Origin: Takakia lepidozioides
Taxonomy: Eukaryota; Plantae; Bryophyta
Direction: 5' to 3'
Assembly: GCA_030704615.1 (NCBI GenBank)
Contig: CM060734.1
Coordinates: 12,276,001 to 12,340,000, forward strand
Length of the DNA: 64,000 nt
Below, piece by piece: positions 60,290 through 64,000 of this stretch; the first letter of the stretch is position 1, and each line of letters opens with the position of its first letter. Both the position numbers and the translations under genes were made by a program. Below the pieces are notes generated by a model. The model did no database searches and was not told the origin of the DNA. It was given only the letters and a program-made list of their open reading frames with translations.

Positions 60290-60847
60290 GCACTCATGTC
60301 ACATACGAATGACAAGATTAGAATAGCATTCATCCAACTAAATCATCCATAAATGATTATACTTGCCACCTGTCATCTCACAAACCTACACGTGTCCTGA
60401 CAGTGTGACTTACTCTACACTGGTGTGAGACAAGCTTTGGTCAACACACATAGTCATACAGTTGATCTGAGTCCCTTAATCGACGTGTACTACCAATGTG
60501 ACATAATCCACATTAGTGTGAAATAAGCCCAGTAACCTTTCTCACACCATGTATAGTCAGCATGCCACATCATATAGTTCCATCCCATTGTGTGGATTAA
60601 TTTACGCTATATGGCTCATTCTCACACCGGTGTGAGATAAGCCTTGTACATTGTTGGACACCTTCTCTGTCAACAATCGTTGACCACAGAAGGTGTGAGC
60701 TTGGTGTAGACTAGTCTACACGAAGCGGCTTTTCTTACACTGGCTCATTCTACACCATTGAAATTTTATAGGGGTGTCAAATTTTGTATAAGAAAAGCCA
60801 GGTGAGAACTATCTTTGCTGTAAAAAGAACCAAGATCTCTTGTAGTG
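60290..60847 (-). mobile_element. CACTA transposon terminus with palindromic subterminal repeats
   Basis: TCTTGTAGTG ends at 60847 (reverse complement CACTACAAGA). Perfect 18-bp palindromes TCTCACACCGGTGTGAGA (60620-60637) and GTGTAGACTAGTCTACAC (60704-60721). Confidence 0.85.
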
Positions 60848-60912
60848 TTGAGAACACATGGGCGGACACTCCTATATCCTCACATTAACCCACTGTTCTC
60901 TGGTTTTGCTAA

Positions 60913-62190
60913 GTGTACAGGATGGAGAACCAATTGCATTCGGCTCTACTCCATAAGTGCATGACCGACACTCATTTGGCAGACATATCCAAGGCTACTC
61001 AACGACGGGTCAACTATCACATTCCCCACTGTGAAGAATGTGAAGGGAAACTATTCATGAGAATTGCCTTGGAAGGTCAGATCAATGCTATGGAAGTTCC
61101 TAATAGGGATTCAATTTCAGAGTTGCTTGAGTTGTATCATGCTTCTGCCTATGCTGGTCACCTGGGAATTACTAGAACCCTGAAACGACTTCAAGAAAAC
61201 TATTACTGGAAGGGGATGGTTCAAGATGTTACAGATCATGTCTCCCGTTGTGTGGAATGCCATGCTAAAACGCTGGTTCCTAGAGCCCGACCTTTACTTC
61301 CTTTGCAATCCATCCCGGTGACTGATCCGTTTGCCAGGGTGGGATTAGACCTTGTTGGGCCACTCAATCCTACGCTGAAGGGACATTGCTACATTGTTGT
61401 AGCAACTGATTACCTAACTAAATGGGTTGAGGTTCAACCTTTAGCTGCCAAGGATGCACATGCAGTGGCACAGTTCTTCTTCAACGAGATCATCTTGAGA
61501 CATGGCTGTCCCTAGGAAATTCTAACGAATCATGGCACAAAAATTTGTAACAGCTTAAGATTGTGTGTTTCAATTTGGTGTGAAACATTGACAGCACCCT
61601 ATCATCCTCAATGCAACGGCTTGACTGAAAGGTTTAATCATACCATGTGTGCTATGCTCGAGAAGACGGGGTCACTCTTGGGTGATTGGGACACTACTTT
61701 ACCCACTTTGATTTTTGCTTGTCGGACTTCTGTGCATTCGACCACCAGATATTCTCCTTTTGAGCTCCTCTACAGTACAGAAAGGCTCGTACTCCTCTTC
61801 ATAATACTCATTTGCTGGCTCCCATAGCAAAGCCTTCTGATTGGTAGCACTTTGTGGATGTCATGCTTGCCAAAAAGGTTCAGTTTGAAAACAAGGCCAG
61901 GACTTATATTGCTCGGGCGCAGGCTGTGCAGGCTCACAACTACAACAAGAAATTTCAATATTCAGAAAAGTTCTTGGTGGGCCAAACCGTGTGTGTCCGT
62001 TTGCACCCGGGGAAGATTATTTCCAAATCCTCGAAGCGCATTGAGGGCCCTTACCTCATCACTGAAAAGCTTCGTGGTCAGAAGTTCTTGTTACTTCCTC
62101 AGCATCATTCGACTCCTCCCCTGGATCACCCAGTGCATGTGGACTCCCTAGTTCACAGCAAGTTGGTCTTCGATCTCCTAAAAAACAAAA
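60913..62190 (+). pseudogene. Gypsy/GIN-type DDE integrase without visible RT or LTR (Ginger-like candidate)
   Basis: H..GHLG..YYW..CVEC, GLDLVGPL, DYLTKWVE, YHPQCNGLTERFN, SPFELLY and a GPY motif. Contains stops and frameshifts. Confidence 0.82.
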
Positions 62191-63139
62191 AACAAAAAAA
62201 AGGTGGACGCTTTGCCGAAGTAAACGTAACTTATGTTGTCACTTGACCCAGAATGGATTCGATCTCCCTGACACACTACCTAACCCCTTGAGGAATAGAA
62301 GCATACTCGGGGGTCGTGAGATTAGCTTCATAAATAGAAGCACGTAGTTTCCACATTAGCCCGAACTACAGGGCAACCCTTTCGGTAACGCGGTTATAGT
62401 ATGCGCACCAGCACGTGAACTCCCAATCAAGATGCAAATTTCCTTGCCCCTCACCCGATTTCGGCACTGCGGAAACACACGATTCATCCAACTTATCGTC
62501 GCTCGGTCTTGGTAGTTGATCACCCCTGAGCTCCATTGGGCCACTGCCAGTGGCCTATTTTGTTGGTTGTTTCTACATCCTAGCTAACCACACCATGCAT
62601 CATCATTCCAAACAACATACAAAACACATCATTTGGAAACAATTCCTCTTTATAAACAAGATATGTACAACACAAGTCTTCAAATGCAATCAGATCCAAC
62701 AACGGTAGTCGATTGACTTCGTTAACTAATTTTGATAGATTGTGTGGCTTGGGGAGATGATTCTCGTTGGAAGGTGATGGTTGAAGTTGTTCTTTGTATT
62801 GAACTTTCGAGTATTGTCCCTAAGATAATGCGTGAACTATTAAAGTAGACTATTTAGATATGAAGTAAAATGTACAATTTTTGTAAGTACTATGAGTGCT
62901 CTAGGCGAGGTGAGCATCATTACAAACTGTGTAAGGCAGGTCTATATGGATAACTCAGTGATCTATTCGCATCTCGTCCGTACAATTAAATTTGAAATGC
63001 TACGTAATAGGCACTAAGTCAAATGTGGGGTTGCTGTGTATACTCTTTTAGAAGAGGCTTTCCAGCCACCTTAGACTGATTTTTGTAGTCAGTAACTTCG
63101 GTGCCTAGTTTCTATCTCTACTTCTTCTTTTATTCCCCT

Positions 63140-63250
63140 CTCTACTATAAGATCCGTGGGAGATTCAACAGTCTATTCCGTGAAACCCAATCTCTCACAG
63201 ATGAGATCAGAAATGCTTGGCAGCTGACCTCCATGAAGCTTTGACCCTTA
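63140..63250 (+). mobile_element. 3' fragment of the older LINE family
   Basis: TACTAT.AGATCCGTGGG..CCCAATCTCTCAC..GATCAGAAATGCTTGGCA is shared with 51245-51340. Confidence 0.65.
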
Positions 63251-63539
63251 GGCAATCCCTTGAGTAGTAGTTGCTTTTGGTTAGGTGGTTAGAGTATGCC
63301 AAGAACTCTAAATCCTAATTCAGACCGAGAGTGAGATGCTCCTGGAAATACAATAAATAAGCAGCTTACCTGCAAGATAATGACGGGCTTGAACTCGTGG
63401 TACTATGTCAAACTCTGCCTTCAGGATTACAAACAATGTGCTCACAAACACTGCAACCGTAGCTCTCGCCGTAGGAGAAGAAAAAATGGTGTTCCAAGAG
63501 GGAAAAAAAATAAAAAAAATGAAGAAAAGGACTATCCAA

Positions 63540-63900
63540 AGGTAAGCAAGCTCAAAGATCTTATGGGACAAAGAAATGAAGTGATACTTCATAAAGTCCA
63601 CAAAAAGCTCAAATAGCTTATGGGACAAGAAACAAGGAAGAAAATGGGGCCCTAAGAAGCGCAAATTCTACCTATTCATATCAAGAAGTACCCCTAAGTT
63701 TGAGAGACTCATGAGATATGGCACTAGACATGGACCTCTTAATGAAAGATCTGTCAGGGATTGGCTGTCTTAGAAGAGGCAGTAGTGGCAGCCACAGATT
63801 TCATAATAGAGCGGCCAGTGAAAGAAGAAATGTTTCAGAGTCTCCATGCCCTGCTTGTCTTCCCTAGCACAGGCAGGGCTCAGAGGAAAACATAAACAAA
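63540..63900 (-). mobile_element. 3' end of the older LINE family with duplicated 3'-UTR motif
   Basis: The minus strand reads ETLKHFFFHWPLYYEICG..CLF. AAGCTCAAA..TTATGGGACAA occurs twice, as in the intron-17 repeat. Confidence 0.6.
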
Positions 63901-64000
63901 ATACAAAAAATTGAGGGGCTTGTCAATGAGCCCGAAGATTCTGAATCAACAATGGATTCCCGAAGATGGAGAGATTCATGCAGATGTGCAGCCAGGCCTG

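Noticed and set aside
62290-62420. Ulp1/C48 protease catalytic motif (SG*CGNYVLLFMK, minus strand)
   Set aside because: The match is short and needs a stop and a frameshift, and no upstream His/Asp motif was recognisable.
1-64000. tRNA, rRNA or other structured RNA genes
   Set aside because: None recognised by eye. The only tRNA-related sequence is the copia PBS. A covariance-model scan would be needed to exclude small ncRNAs.

Overview
This is eukaryotic nuclear DNA from a land plant, most likely a non-seed plant with bryophyte-like TE families and PLS-DYW PPR genes. It is not prokaryotic. Two intact host genes converge tail-to-tail: a PLS-class PPR-E-DYW RNA-editing factor (+, 10488-12428) and the NMD helicase UPF1 (-, 29 coding exons, 15212-32214, 1273 aa by my exon reconstruction). 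The left 8.3 kb holds a CACTA-like end and a full-length, decayed Ty1/copia element (3236-8331, TSD TCTTG). UPF1 intron 17 carries a young tandem dimer of a 5'-truncated RTE/RTEX-like LINE under one 14-bp TSD, plus an older LINE. From about 32.5 kb onward the window is a nested TE graveyard. It contains CACTA Tnp2 remnants, a Ty3/gypsy pol with its integrase segment flipped, a PIF/Harbinger element with a Tourist MITE on its TSD, gypsy LTR remnants with GGCTGTG arrays, decayed PPR arrays and an integrase-only (Ginger-like) ORF. The most interesting signals are cargo genes in the TE cluster. One is a SET-domain (lysine methyltransferase-like) ORF directly upstream of a CACTA transposase, with a probable N-terminal half about 20 kb away behind CACTA-type subterminal repeats. 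The other is a hidden multi-exon coiled-coil/RING-H2 gene with all phase-1 introns. All calls come from reading motifs by eye; no searches were run.
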